This document shows positions 47,310 to 64,000 of a stretch of DNA of 64,000 nt, piece after piece. The notes beneath the pieces were generated by a model. The model had not been told where the DNA came from and ran no database searches. It saw only the letters and a list, made by a program, of their open reading frames with translations. Origin of the DNA: Eledone cirrhosa (lineage: Eukaryota); assembly GCA_964016885.1 (NCBI GenBank), contig OZ024740.1, positions 407,712,001-407,776,000 of the forward strand. Reading direction: 5' to 3'. The position numbers and the translations under genes are program-made. Numbering within the stretch: the stretch's first letter is position 1; each line of letters starts with the position of its first letter.

Positions 47310-47551
47310 TAGCAGGTGAGTTTTATTGTAGCATAATAAAGCAATGCAAATATCGGATAAGTACCATCTTACTTTATTTTTCATATGTTGATTCAACACT
47401 TCATTGGTCGCAAGTGTTTTTTAAGCTTCATATCATGTCTCCCTATTTTATCTGATGAAAACGCAAATATCATCCCATGATGATATTTGTTTTTGAAATG
47501 CGCATAATAAAATACTTGGAACTCTTTTAACCATCTTTTGATCTTATATTA
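47310..47551. mobile_element. Rearranged Penelope-like terminal repeat: inverted 3' tip plus sense HHR segment
   Basis: 47310-47362 matches 62326-62375 (minus); 47380-47551 matches 23806-23975 (plus), diverged subfamily. Confidence 0.85.
47444..47514 (+). ncRNA. Type I hammerhead ribozyme
   Basis: TATTTTAT-CTGATGA-stem II (CAAATATCATC/GATGATATTTG)-GAAA-TGCGC-ATA-ATAAAATA. Confidence 0.85.
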
Positions 47552-47623
47552 TATATATATATATATTCATCACTATCATCATCATCTTCATTTAACATTC
47601 ATTCTCCATGTTAGCAGGGGTAA

Positions 47624-48425
47624 TCTATATACATAAATGGCAATTTCAGTCTGTTTGTGTGTTTGTTTGTGGATTTGTTTGTGAACCTAAAACTCAAAAA
47701 CTACGAAACTTATCTTGATGAAACTTGACACATGTGTGGGGCTCATGCCCATTTGATTTCTTACGTATATTTCATTTTAATCAAAGGTTTCCCCGGAGGC
47801 TCAAACCTCCGCTGAAAATCTTTTCCCTTCGATTTATATGAAATTTTAACTATAGGTAAATGACAAGATATGATGCCTATTCACAAACTATCAGCAAATT
47901 TCAATAATATTAACACACCCTAATAGGGGTTAAAACCATATAGTGAAAATTTTGGCCAATAAATGGAACAAGATTTCACGTACTCCTCCTATGGTTTTGG
48001 AGATAGACCCCATAACGACATATATTCTGAAACTACATTGCCCAGGGTACTTGGATAAATATATTTCATTTTAATTAAAGGGTGCCCCGGGGGCGCAAAA
48101 CCTCCAATGAAAATTTTGTCCCTTCGATGTATATGAAATTTAAACCATAGGTAAATGACAAGATATGATGCCTATTCACAAAAGTTTTCAATTGATATTT
48201 TGAAAAAAATTATTTACAAGAAACAAAATAAGAATAAGATTTGATAATGTAATTTTGATTTGATATATTACAAAAAATAATGTTTTCCAATTTTTCATGT
48301 ATTACATTTTACATTCAGTAATATTGAAATGCAGAGTTTTTCTGCATAAATTATATCACTAATTTAAAACCAATCTTCATTTTCTTACAAACAAAATGTG
48401 TGAAATGCAGCAAGGCGCGGGTAAT
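47624..48425 (+). mobile_element. Non-autonomous Helitron-like element with ~290-bp-period internal duplication
   Basis: A|TCTATATACATAAA start, (GTTT)n near 5' end, GC-rich GCAAGGCGCGGGTA near 3' end; 47766-47885 repeated at 48060-48180; terminal CTAG not seen. Confidence 0.6.
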
Positions 48426-48427
48426 AA

Positions 48428-48467
<40 letters not shown>

Positions 48468-48797
48468 TCATCATCATTTCATCATTTCATTTTACGTCCG
48501 CTTTTCCCTGCTTGCAAGGGTAGGACGGGAACTGATTTTGGCTTGATTTCTACAGCTGGATGCCCTTCCTAACACCAACCTCATTTATAGTGAGTGCTGG
48601 GTGTTTTTTTGCCGTGGCACCTCCACGACTATTTTGCAGTGGAATGATAGGGACCCCTGTCCCTATCATCTCATTTCTACAGCAGAGTAAACTGGAGCAA
48701 TGTGAAATAAAGTGTCTTGCTCACGGAAACAACACATCACCCAGTCAGAGAATTGAACTCACAACCTTTCGATTGCAAGGCCAATGCTCTAACCACT
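48468..48797 (-). mobile_element. SINE family 2 lacking its first ~15 nt
   Basis: Matches 27800-28123. Confidence 0.9.
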
Positions 48798-48849
48798 GCC
48801 TGAAGAGGTCACAGCCAAAGATGGCTGTCACTGAAATATATATAGCAGT
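48795..48849 (+). ncRNA. Type I hammerhead ribozyme (minimal)
   Basis: ACTGC-CTGAAGA-stem II (ACAGCCA/TGGCTGT)-GAAA-TATAT-ATA-GCAGT; perfect stem I, palindromic stem III. Confidence 0.85.
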
Positions 48850-48944
48850 AATAAACGAAGCTAAATTTTAAACATTTCACCTTTTATTTTACTTTATTTT
48901 ATATATATATATAGATACATATATCTCTATATATATATACAGAG

Positions 48945-49013
<69 letters not shown>

Positions 49014-49262
49014 TATACATATATATATAAATACAAATACATATATACACATATATATATACATATATATATAAATACAAATACATATATACACATATAT
49101 ATACATATATATATAATTACAAATACATATATACACATATATATACATATATATATATAAATATAAATACATATATATATACACATATATATACATATAT
49201 ATATACACATATATATACATATATATATCGAAATAAACATAAATACATATATATATACACAT

Positions 49263-51015
49263 ATCATCATCATCATCATCAGGTTTAGCGTCCGTGTTCC
49301 ACGCTTGCATGGGTTTGGACGGGGGTTTTGCCACTTGAGGCAAGGGTGGTTGTCTTGCTCGCATAGGACTGTCTGGCGGGTTTTCTACAGTTGGATGCCC
49401 TTCCTAACACCAACCACATTTACAGTGTGGGGCTGGGAGGTTTTTACCGTGTTGCCTACACGGCCGCATTTACAGCGTGGACTGTGTGTTTTTTGTCGTG
49501 ACACCTACACGATCTCATTTGTTTCGGCCTGGATGTTGTGGCACCAACATAACTTTACATTGAAAGGGGCGATGTGGATGGGGTGGGGGTGGTGGGACGG
49601 GGGGGGGGGGGGTTTGATAGAGATGCCTACTGACTGTAGTAGGTTTTTACTTTGTATTTAGGTAAGGCGGGTCTTCTCTATTACTGAGTACCGCCAAAGG
49701 TCTCGGTCCAGTGACATTGTCTTGGAGAGGTGTAAGCATGTGAGGTCGGAATTTATCAGCTCGTCCCATGTTTTTCTGGGTCTGCCTACTCCGTGGCTAC
49801 CGTCTATCTTTATTGCCCTGCACTTTGTTATACAGCTGTCGTCTTTCATGCACATCACGTGACCGTACCAACGTAGCCTTCTCTCGAGTAAACAACATCT
49901 GATCCCTCTTATTTCTAATTTTTTCCTTAGTTCGTTTATGCTTTGCCGTTCACGTATATTACTATTGCACATCCAGCGGAGCATGCAAGCTTCGTTCCTC
50001 TCTAGTCTGCGTATATCCTCTGCACACAATGCCCAGGTCTCACTGCCATGCAGCATTGCTGTTCGTATGCAGGCATCGTATAACCTGCCTTTCATTTTTA
50101 GGGAGAACCCTCTAGCGGCTAATAGTGGTATAAGCTCTCTGAACTTTTTACATCCAGTTCTGACTCTAGCTACTGTACTTTCAGAGCACCCTCCCCCACT
50201 GCTGATTTTGTCACCCAGGTAACGGAAGCTGTCCACTATTTCTATAGAACCCTCTGCACAGTTAAAGGAGCTAGTATTTTGTGGGCACTTGCTGCTACTT
50301 ATTGCACCAGAGCATCGGCCACATGTAAAATCTATGTTCTTAGTTAGCTTACCTGTGATCCCACTACATCTTTTATGCACCCATACTTTGCATTTGGGAC
50401 ATAAAATGGAGTTTCTACATACGCCTTTCCTACACACTGAGCATGGCCATTTCCCAGATGGGACCGCCGCCTTATTTTCTTTCCTACAAACTAGAACTTT
50501 AGTCTTAGCCAGGTTAATTTTAAGGCCTTTTGATTCTAGGCCGTGCTTCCATGTTTGGAATTTCTTCTCTAGTTCGGTCATTGATTCAGCTATGAGCGTT
50601 AGATCATCTGCGTATAGGAGTTCCCATGGGCAGCCGGTCTTGAACTCCTCTGTTATAGCCTGAAGGGCAATAATAAATAGTAGAGGGCTAAGAACAGAGC
50701 CCTGATGGACACCAACTTTTACGCTAAACTCTTCACTATATTCGTTGTTAATTCTAACCTTACTGACTGTTTCTTTATACATGGCTTGTATAGCTCTAAC
50801 AAGCCATTCGTCAACACCTAGTTTTCTAAGAGACCACCAGATAATGGAACGGGGGACTCTGTCGAAGGCCTTCTCCAAGTCGACGAAAGCTAAGTATAGG
50901 GGTTTACTTTTAGCTAGGTACTTCTCCTGTAGTTGTCGTACAATGAAAAGAGCGTCTGTGGTACTTTTGCCTGACACAAACCCGAACTGCATTTCATCTA
51001 GATCAATTCTCTCTC
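49263..51015 (-). mobile_element. RTE family A, 5'-truncated, remaining frame open
   Basis: [13 protein letters not shown]...YADD...KTRLT* (stop 49658), 3' UTR, tail. Confidence 0.95.
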
Positions 51016-51357
51016 TATATACATATATATATATAAACATAAATACATATATATATATACATACATATATATATATATACAAATACACACATATATATAT
51101 ATAAACATAAATACATATATATATATGCATACATATATATATATATACAAATACACATATATATAGATATATATATACACATATATATACACATATATAT
51201 ATATACATACATATACATATATATATATACATATACATATATATATATATACATACATATACATATATATATACAAATACACATATATATAGATATATAT
51301 ATACACATATATATATATATATACATACATATACATATACATATATATATATATACA

Positions 51358-52418
51358 TGTGTTGGGCCCACTTCTCTTCATCATCTATATTAATGACATC
51401 ACTGACATCATCAAACACAGCAACATTAAAATTTTCGCTGATGATTCCAAGCTCCAAAAGGTCATCAATGGCGTGGATGACCGGATAAGCCTTCAGTCAG
51501 ACCTACTGGCTGTTACCCAATGGGCAGAAAAGAACAACATGTTACTGAACGAAGACAAATTTGAACTGATCCACTTTGGAAAAGAGGATGCTCTGAAACT
51601 CCCGTACTCCCTTCCCTCCGGGGAAACTGTCGTGGCATCTAACAACATCAGAGACTTGGGAGTAACCGTGGACAGCAATATAAGCTGGACCACGCATATA
51701 AGCAGCAAAGTTGACATGGCCCGCAGAATGTGTTCCTGGATCCTCAGAACCTTCCAGTCGAGAGATTCCCGCACCATTATCCTTCTCTTCTCTACTTTTG
51801 CCCGACCACACCTTGAATACTGTTGTCCACTGTGGTCTCCCCACACGAAACAAAGTATCATGAAACTTGAAGCTCCTCAAAGGGCAATCACGAAAAAGAT
51901 AGATGGCATGTCAGACCTTGACTACTGGGGTCGATTAGAAAACCTGAAACTTTACTCACTCCAACGTCGCCGTGAGCGTTATATTATCTGCATGATGTGG
52001 AAAATGTTCCATCATCACTGCCCAAATGATGTTGGCATCGCCTTCAAGATACACCCAAGGCTTGGGCCCCGTGCTATCCGTCCCATTCAAAAATCTAAAT
52101 CGCAACTCATAACAACAATACGGCACAATTATTTCACCTCAATCGGCCCTGCTCTCTTCAACATCACACCAGGACACGTCAAAACAGAAACTGACCACAC
52201 AAAATTCAAGACGTCTTTGGACAAATTCCTCCAAGTAATCCCGGACAAACCACCCACACCCGGATATGTCTCCGCAAACAGTAATTCTCTTCTCGAATGG
52301 GCCATGGTGCCCAAATCCTGAATTGAAAGACTTCGCCAGGTGGTGCTATTAAGTTAGACATGGCCTGGGCCAATACTGGCCAAAACATTTCAAAGTTATT
52401 CAAAGTTATTCAAAGTTA
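51358..52418 (+). mobile_element. CR1-group LINE, 5'-truncated, open C-terminal RT frame 51359-52321
   Basis: Near-identical to 15326-16374 but without the premature stop; (TTCAAAGTTA)3 tail. Confidence 0.92.
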
Positions 52419-52485
52419 CATACATATACATATATATATATACATACATGTATATATATATAAACATACCTATATATATACATAT

Positions 52486-53568
52486 AAAGGTGTAGGTAGG
52501 AACTCCATTCTCTGCCCCAAATGCAAACAATGGGTACACAAGAGATGTAGCGGGATCTCAGGAAGCTTAATTAAGAATGTAGGATTCACATGCAGCAGCT
52601 GTGCTGAAACAGCAAGCAAACAGCCACAGGAAACAAGTACCACCAATCTCTGGGAGGGTCCTGTAGAAACAGTAGACAGCTTCTGCTACCTAGGTGACCG
52701 AATTAGCAACGGAGGTGGGTGCTCAGAAAGTACAATAACTAGGGTAAGAACGGGATGGAAGAAGTTTAGGGAACTACTACCACTGCTAGCTGCAAAAGGC
52801 TTCTCCCTCAGAATGAAAGGCAGACTGTATGATGCGTGTATCCGAACAGCGATGTTGCATGGTAGTGAGACCTGGGTGCTGAAGGTGGAAGACTTACGTA
52901 GATTAGAGAGAAACGAAGCCTGCATGCTCCGATGGATGTGTAACAGTAATATACGTGAACGACAAAGCATAAAGGAATTGAGAGAGAGACTGAGCATAAG
53001 AGGAATCAAATGCTGCGTGCAGGAGAGGCGGTTATGCTGGTATGGACATGTGATGCGTATGAAGGATGACAGCTGCATAAAAAGGTGCAGAGCACTAGAA
53101 GTTGATGGAAACCGCGGAGTGGGGAGACCCAAGATGACTTGGGATGAGGTGATAAAAGCCGACCTTACCCAACTACACCTCTCAAAGTCAATGACACACG
53201 ACCGTGACTTCTGGCGTCACGCAGTAATACAGGGTACCCGACCTCCCATGGGTACATGCTGAAGCATATAAACAATATGCCCCCCCCCCCACCACCGCAA
53301 GGTGGCCGTGGAGGTGCCACGGCAAAAAAGCACCCAGCCCACACTGTAAAGTGGACGTGTAGGCGCCACGAAAAAGCACCCAGCACTCACTGTAAATGAG
53401 GTTGGTGTTAGGAAGGGCATCCAGCTGTAGAAATCAAGCCAGATCAGTTCCTGTATGAGCAAGGCATGGTCAGCCGACCAGACACTGCCCACAACAGGAC
53501 AACCCGTCTAACCCATGCTAGCGTGGAAGAACGGACGTAAAACGGTGATGATGATGATGATGATGATA
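52486..53568 (+). mobile_element. RTE family B, 5'-truncated within the PHD finger
   Basis: [21 protein letters not shown]...GRPKMTW..., stop 53262, 3' UTR, (GAT)n tail. Confidence 0.93.
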
Positions 53569-53643
53569 CATACATATATATATACATATATATATATATA
53601 TACATATTATATACATACATATTATATACATACATATATATAT

Positions 53644-54590
53644 ATCATCATCACCGTCTTACGTCCGTTCTTCCACGCTAGCATGGGTTAGATGGGTTGT
53701 CCTGTTGTGGGCAGTATCTGGTCGGCTGAACATGCCTGGCTCATACAGGAACTGATTTGGCTTGATTTATACAGCTGGATGCCCTTCCTAACACCAACCT
53801 CGTTTACAGTGAGTGCTGGGTGCTTTTTTGTGGCGCCTACACGTCCACTTTACAGTGTGGGCTGGGTGCTTTTTTGTCGTGGCGCCTCCACGACCACCTT
53901 CCGGTGGGGGGAGTGCGGGAATATTGTCTATATGCTTCAGCTTGTACCCATGGGAGGCGGGTACTCTGTATTACTGCGTGACGCCAGAAGTCACGGTCGT
54001 GAGTCATTGCTTTTGAGAGGTGTAATTGGGTAAGGTCGGCTTTTATCACCTCATCCCAGGTCATCTTGGGTCTCCCCACTCCGCGGTTTCCATCAACTTC
54101 TAGTGCTCTGCACCTTTTTATACAGCTGTCATCCTTCATACATATCACATGTCCATACCAGCGCAACCGCCTCTCCTGCACACAGCATTTGATTCCTCTT
54201 ATGCTCAGTCTCTCTCTCAATTCATTTATACTTTGTCGTTCACGTATATTACTGTTAGACATCCATCGGAGCATGCAGGCTTCGTTTCTCTCTAATCTAC
54301 GTAAGTCTTCCACCTTCAGCGCCCAGGTCTCACTACCATGCAACATTGCTGTTCGGATACACGCATCATACAGTCTGCCTTTCATTCTGAGGGAGAAGCC
54401 TTTTGCAGCTAGCAGTGGTAGTAGTTCCCTAAACTTCTTCCATCTCGTTCTTACCCTAGTTAATGTACTTTCTGAACACCCACCTCCGCTGCTAATTCGG
54501 TCACCTAGGTAGCAGAAGCTGTCTACTGTTTCTACAGAGCCCTCCCAGAGATTGGTGTGCTGTCTCATCACAGCTGCTGCATGTGAAGCC

Positions 54591-54592
<2 letters not shown>
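53644..54592 (-). mobile_element. RTE family B, 5'-truncated, tail-to-tail with previous copy
   Basis: ORF 53837-54571 homologous to family B protein; 3' UTR. Confidence 0.93.
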
Positions 54593-54654
<62 letters not shown>

Positions 54655-54689
54655 CATATATATATATATACATACATCCATATATATAC

Positions 54690-54757
<68 letters not shown>

Positions 54758-54761
<4 letters not shown>

Positions 54762-55132
54762 TGGCTGCCAACTCGTTTTTGAGTACGGCCACTACTTTAT
54801 ATCCATGTAGGAGAACTCCTACCGATGCGCTGAACGAGTGTGACTTTTTAGTCCAGGCAGCGACTTGAAAACTCTGGTACAAAGACTACACCTGTGACAA
54901 TTATTGACACATAGTGCTGGGCCCATGGTACCATGTGACGACAAGTGCAGAGAGATCTCCAGATACAAAGCAATGCCTGTGCCGTGAAGCTTTTATAGTG
55001 AGCAAAGGCACTGCACAAAGCCAGTCCCACTCTCTTAACCAAGATGACATTTACCAAAAAGAAGAACAAGTCAACATCATTGGATACCATCAGGGTTGCA
55101 GGTGTTAGATCAGAGTTTTCCTTCTCCTAGAA
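54758..55132 (-). mobile_element. Bipartite RTE-derived element, 5'-truncated copy
   Basis: Reverse complement of 17634-18008. Confidence 0.85.
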
Positions 55133-55468
55133 TATATATATATACATATATATATACATACATATATAGATATACATACATATAGATATACATACATATA
55201 GATATACATACATATATATACTTATATACTTTTTCTCAACCTGTTAGTTCTTTCGTTACTTTGGTATATTGCGTGTTAGATTTTGCCTACCACAATGTTC
55301 GATTTGTCAAGCTATTTAAACGTATGTTATTACTCTAAGGGCCTACCTTATCGTGTGCTTTGATAACTCATTATTTCATATAGTAGGCCGAATTTGCTTG
55401 TAAAGCGCCAGAGATTCGATTTTACTAAGTATCCAATTATATATACTTATATATAGATATATATGCAT

Positions 55469-55814
55469 ATCATCATCATCATCATTTCATTTTACGTCCG
55501 CTTTTCCCTGCTTGCAAGGGTGGGACGGGAATTGATGCTGGCTTGATTTCTACAGCTGGATGCCCTTCCTAACACCAACCTCATTTACAGTGAGTGCTGG
55601 GTGCTTTTTTGCCGTGGCACCTACACGACCACTTTGCAGTGGAATGATATGGACCCCAGTCCCTATCATCTCATTTCTACAGCTGAGTAAACTGGAGCAA
55701 TGTGAAATAAAGTGTCTTGCTCAAGGAAACAACACATGACCCGGTCTGAGAATTGAACTCACGACCTTTTGATTGCAAGCCCAATGCTCTAACCACTAAG
55801 CCATGTGCCTCCAT
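55469..55814 (-). mobile_element. SINE family 2, full length
   Basis: Matches 27790-28139. Confidence 0.92.
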
Positions 55815-56472
55815 TAGACATATATATGTATATGTATACATACATATATGTATATACATATATATATATTTACATACCTACGTAAATGTACATATATATA
55901 TATATACATATACATACATATATATATATATACATACATATATATATATGCATACATATATATATATATACATACATATATATGCATATATATATATATA
56001 TATATGCATACATATGCATACATACATATATATACATATGCATATATATATATACATAAGCATACATATATATATATATATATACATACATATATATATA
56101 CATGCATACATACATATATACATACATATATAGGTCGAGTTTGGTCAGTATGTATATATATATATATATATATATACATACATATATATATACATACATA
56201 TATATATATATATACATATACATACATATATATACATATACATACATATATACATACGTATATATACATATATATATGCATATATATATGCATATATACA
56301 TATATATATACATATATATATGGATATATATATACATACATATATATGTATATATACATACATATATGTATATATACATATATATGTATATATACATACA
56401 TATATATGTATATATACATATATATGTATATATACATACATACACATATATATACATATATATACATACATA

Positions 56473-57080
56473 TGGTGGCTGCCAACTCGTTTTTGAGTAC
56501 GGCCACTACTTTATATCCATGAAGGAGAACCCCAACCGATGCGCTGAACGAGTGTGACTTTTTAGTCCAGCCAGTGACTTGAAAACTCTGGTACAAACAC
56601 TACACTTGTGACAATTATTGACACATAGTGCTGGGCCCATGGTACCATGTGACAACAAGTGCAGAGAGATCTCCAGATATAGAGCAATGCCTGTGCCGTG
56701 AAGCTTTTATAGTGAGCAAAGGCACTGCACAAAGCCAGTCCCACTCTCTTAACCAAGATGATATTTACCAAAAAGAAGAACAAGTCAACATCATTGGATA
56801 CCATCAGGGTTGCAGGTGTTATATCAGAGTTTTCCTTCTCCTAGAATTCTGCCTTGACAAAGGCTAAGGGGTCATCTCTCCTGGTGATTTTGGATGGCCA
56901 TTGACTCTTAAGAGCTCTTTGCCCTTTGACAGGTTTTGTTTTTAGTCCTGCAGGATGTCCAAAGTCACCCTCCTCACCAAGAAACCTTGGTGGGGTTGCC
57001 AGTTTAGTCGCCAACGACCCTACGATGAGACAGATTGTACTGGGATACATGTTACCAGTAGCACCAACTGGTGACTTGAC
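56473..57080 (-). mobile_element. Bipartite RTE-derived element, full copy
   Basis: Reverse complement of 17399-18008 with the same two ends. Confidence 0.85.
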
Positions 57081-57332
<252 letters not shown>

Positions 57333-57335
57333 AAT

Positions 57336-57539
<204 letters not shown>

Positions 57540-57562
57540 GTATATATATATATATATATGGT

Positions 57563-58663
57563 TTGATTAAACCGTTTCATAAATTGAATGAAAATCTCAA
57601 ATACGTAAATGTTGGGTCTAACCACCCCATCTCTATAATTAAATCTATCCCTAAAAATATTTCCCTTAGAATCTCGGGTCTATCTTCTAACATACAAGTA
57701 TTTAAGGAACACGCCGAGTACTACGATAACGCCCTTAGTAAAGCAGGCTACCTCAACAAAATAGAGTACATAGATGGGAACAATCAAAACACCCAAAATA
57801 AATCCCACATAGGTAGATATAATAACACAACACCAAACCACACTTACTACCATAGTATGCACACCAGTAAACCAACAAACAAAACTAATAGAAAGCGATG
57901 CAAAGAGTACTTATGGTATAACCCCGAATACAATAGCTCCATTAGTACAAATTTACCAGTACTCTTCTTTAAAATAATTAAAAGACATTTTCCCACATCA
58001 CACAAATACCACAAAATCCTAAACCCTACCACTATAAGACTGTCATACTCTACAGCGTTAAACCTTGAACAACACATAAAAAAGATCAATACTAGAAGGT
58101 TAAACGAAAACACTAAGAACTTAAGTACAAAGAACCCCAAAAAAACAGTAGACAATACACTACAGAACATAAATAAACCACACCTAAGTTCGTCCGCAAT
58201 ACTACTCCAGAGAAAACCCAACGTACACAACTGTAACTGCACCTATCCTGACAACTGCCCCCTCGGCAATAACTGCCTGGAAAAAAATATTATTTATAAG
58301 TGTACCATTAAATCCGGAGGCAACGAGTGGTATTACGTGGGATCAACGGCAACATCGTTTAAATCTCGATTGTATAGGCATTCTTACTCAATAAAACACC
58401 AGAGCCAAAGAAATGTAACAACTTTAGCAGAGAAAGCTTGGACGCTCAGGGATAGCAATCAAAAGTTTACCCTAAAATGGGAAAAATTAGCTAAAACCCA
58501 AAGCTTTTCCAGGAGCCAAAATTTCTGCAAATTGTGTAATCTTGAGATTTATTACATAATCACACACAAGAAGAAACTGCTGAATAACAGAATTGAACGA
58601 ACATTATTCTGCCGTCACAGAACTAAAACCCTTTTTTCCCACTACAAGCCGAATATTACATAA
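57563..58663 (+). CDS. Truncated PLE polyprotein: RT thumb, Cys-rich linker and GIY-YIG endonuclease
   Basis: YVNVGSNHP (thumb), CNCxxxxxCPLGNNC, IIYKC...YYVGST...[18 protein letters not shown]. Confidence 0.85.
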   Translation: MIKPFHKLNENLKYVNVGSNHPISIIKSIPKNISLRISGLSSNIQVFKEHAEYYDNALSKAGYLNKIEYIDGNNQNTQNKSHIGRYNNTTPNHTYYHSMHTSKPTNKTNRKRCKEYLWYNPEYNSSISTNLPVLFFKIIKRHFPTSHKYHKILNPTTIRLSYSTALNLEQHIKKINTRRLNENTKNLSTKNPKKTVDNTLQNINKPHLSSSAILLQRKPNVHNCNCTYPDNCPLGNNCLEKNIIYKCTIKSGGNEWYYVGSTATSFKSRLYRHSYSIKHQSQRNVTTLAEKAWTLRDSNQKFTLKWEKLAKTQSFSRSQNFCKLCNLEIYYIITHKKKLLNNRIERTLFCRHRTKTLFSHYKPNIT

Positions 58664-58932
58664 AAGAGGGACATCCCCCAACTATATAAACCTTAATCTA
58701 GTTAGAAAAATATAAAAACAATCTCTTTTCAACATATATTAATAACCTTAAATTACCATACTAATAATGAAAAGATATACTGATGAGAATAGGTACAAAT
58801 ATGCGATAATGAATGTGTCTAAAAACGTCCATAAGTATGTATATATATGTGAAAATGTATATAAATAAGTAAATATATATATATGTTTGATGTGTATAGT
58901 TAGATGTAAGTGTATTCATGTATTAAAGTGCT

Positions 58933-58967
<35 letters not shown>

Positions 58968-58990
58968 ATATGTGTGTATATATGTATGTG

Positions 58991-59021
<31 letters not shown>

Positions 59022-59611
59022 GTATATGTATATGTGTATATATATATGTGTATGTATGTATGTGTATATGGATGTGTATGTATGTGTATGTGTGTACACA
59101 TGGACTAGAGTATGTATGTATATATGTGTGTGTCTATACGTGTGTATATATAAAGATAAGTTGAGTATGAAAATGTATACACATGAGCGCGTATGTATGT
59201 ACATGAATACAAGTGTGTATATATATGTGTATGCATGTGTATATATATGTAAGTATGAATATGTGAATTGTGAGTATATGTATTTTGTAGAGGTGTGCAA
59301 ATATATTTGTGTGTGAATGCGTGGGTGAAAGAATACGTACACTTGAAAGAAAAATTTAAGTCTGAATGTTAAGTGCAAACACAAAACCAACCACGCATAT
59401 CTTTACTATCTCTAATCCTTCTATAGATTTAGAAAAATAACCAATAATATATTCTATAAAAAATGTCAAAACAACAGATGGGAATCTAATTAATCACTGC
59501 CACCAAGAATTCTCACTGCTATCGAAAAACCACTCCTTCAACTATTCTTCTAACAACTTCACCCCTTCCTCCTAATATTCTCTATAAAAACTAAATAGGT
59601 CCTCAGTAATA

Positions 59612-59728
59612 TTATTCTGATGAAATGACAGTAAACAATAACATTGAAATATTGAATGTCTGCATAACTAAAAGTTTGTAGATAGCTGTTTTAGGTTATG
59701 TAACTGTTATAGAAACACGTGTCAATAA
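59612..59728 (+). ncRNA. Type I hammerhead ribozyme with enlarged stem II
   Basis: TTATT-CTGATGA-A-ATGACAGT...ACTGTTAT-A-GAAA-CACGT-GTC-AATAA; palindromic stem III ACACGTGT. Confidence 0.75.
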
Positions 59729-59878
59729 ATTCCTTTCAACTAAACTGTATCCATTCAAATCTTTCTATTTTTCTCCGGATTACTTTTGGAACTACAACTG
59801 GAACCGTCGAGCAAACTCTACGTGAGCTGATAATCTACTGTGTGTAATATTTATATTACAACACAACGGAAAAAACTG

Positions 59879-61776
<1,898 letters not shown>

Positions 61777-61777
61777 A

Positions 61778-61808
<31 letters not shown>

Positions 61809-61825
61809 AATATATATATAAATAT

Positions 61826-62144
<319 letters not shown>

Positions 62145-62159
62145 CATATATATATATAC

Positions 62160-63980
<1,821 letters not shown>

Positions 63981-64000
63981 TAATGAGTGACCTAGTGTTA

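Noticed and set aside
58778-58860. CTGATGAG motif in the PLE 3' region
   Set aside because: No matching stem II, GAAA or stem III arrangement

Overview
Eukaryotic, AT-rich, repeat-saturated window with no convincing host gene. The SINE families, RTE LINEs and Penelope-like elements suggest a mollusc, probably an octopus or other cephalopod (inference). Most content is retroelements nested in long (TA)n/(TATG)n microsatellites: two young RTE LINE families (one copy with an intact 1001-aa APE-RT ORF carrying an internal PHD-type finger), a CR1-group LINE, two tRNA-derived SINE families, a bipartite non-autonomous RTE derivative, two Penelope-like (GIY-YIG) elements, a piggyBac-type MITE and a Helitron-like element. 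The main unexplained signal is RNA-structural. I read about 11 type I hammerhead ribozyme (HHR) motifs from four sequence families. Four lie in a near-identical 457-bp tandem array (45010-47089) resembling a retrozyme/circRNA concatemer, fused head-to-head to the 5' end of the intact RTE. Several HHR-bearing pieces share a head-to-head, doubly TA-primed architecture. The long Tyr/Ile ORFs in the track are microsatellite artefacts. There is a 200-N gap at 20914-21113. Repeat boundaries were read by eye and are approximate; ribozyme folds were paired by hand, not computed.
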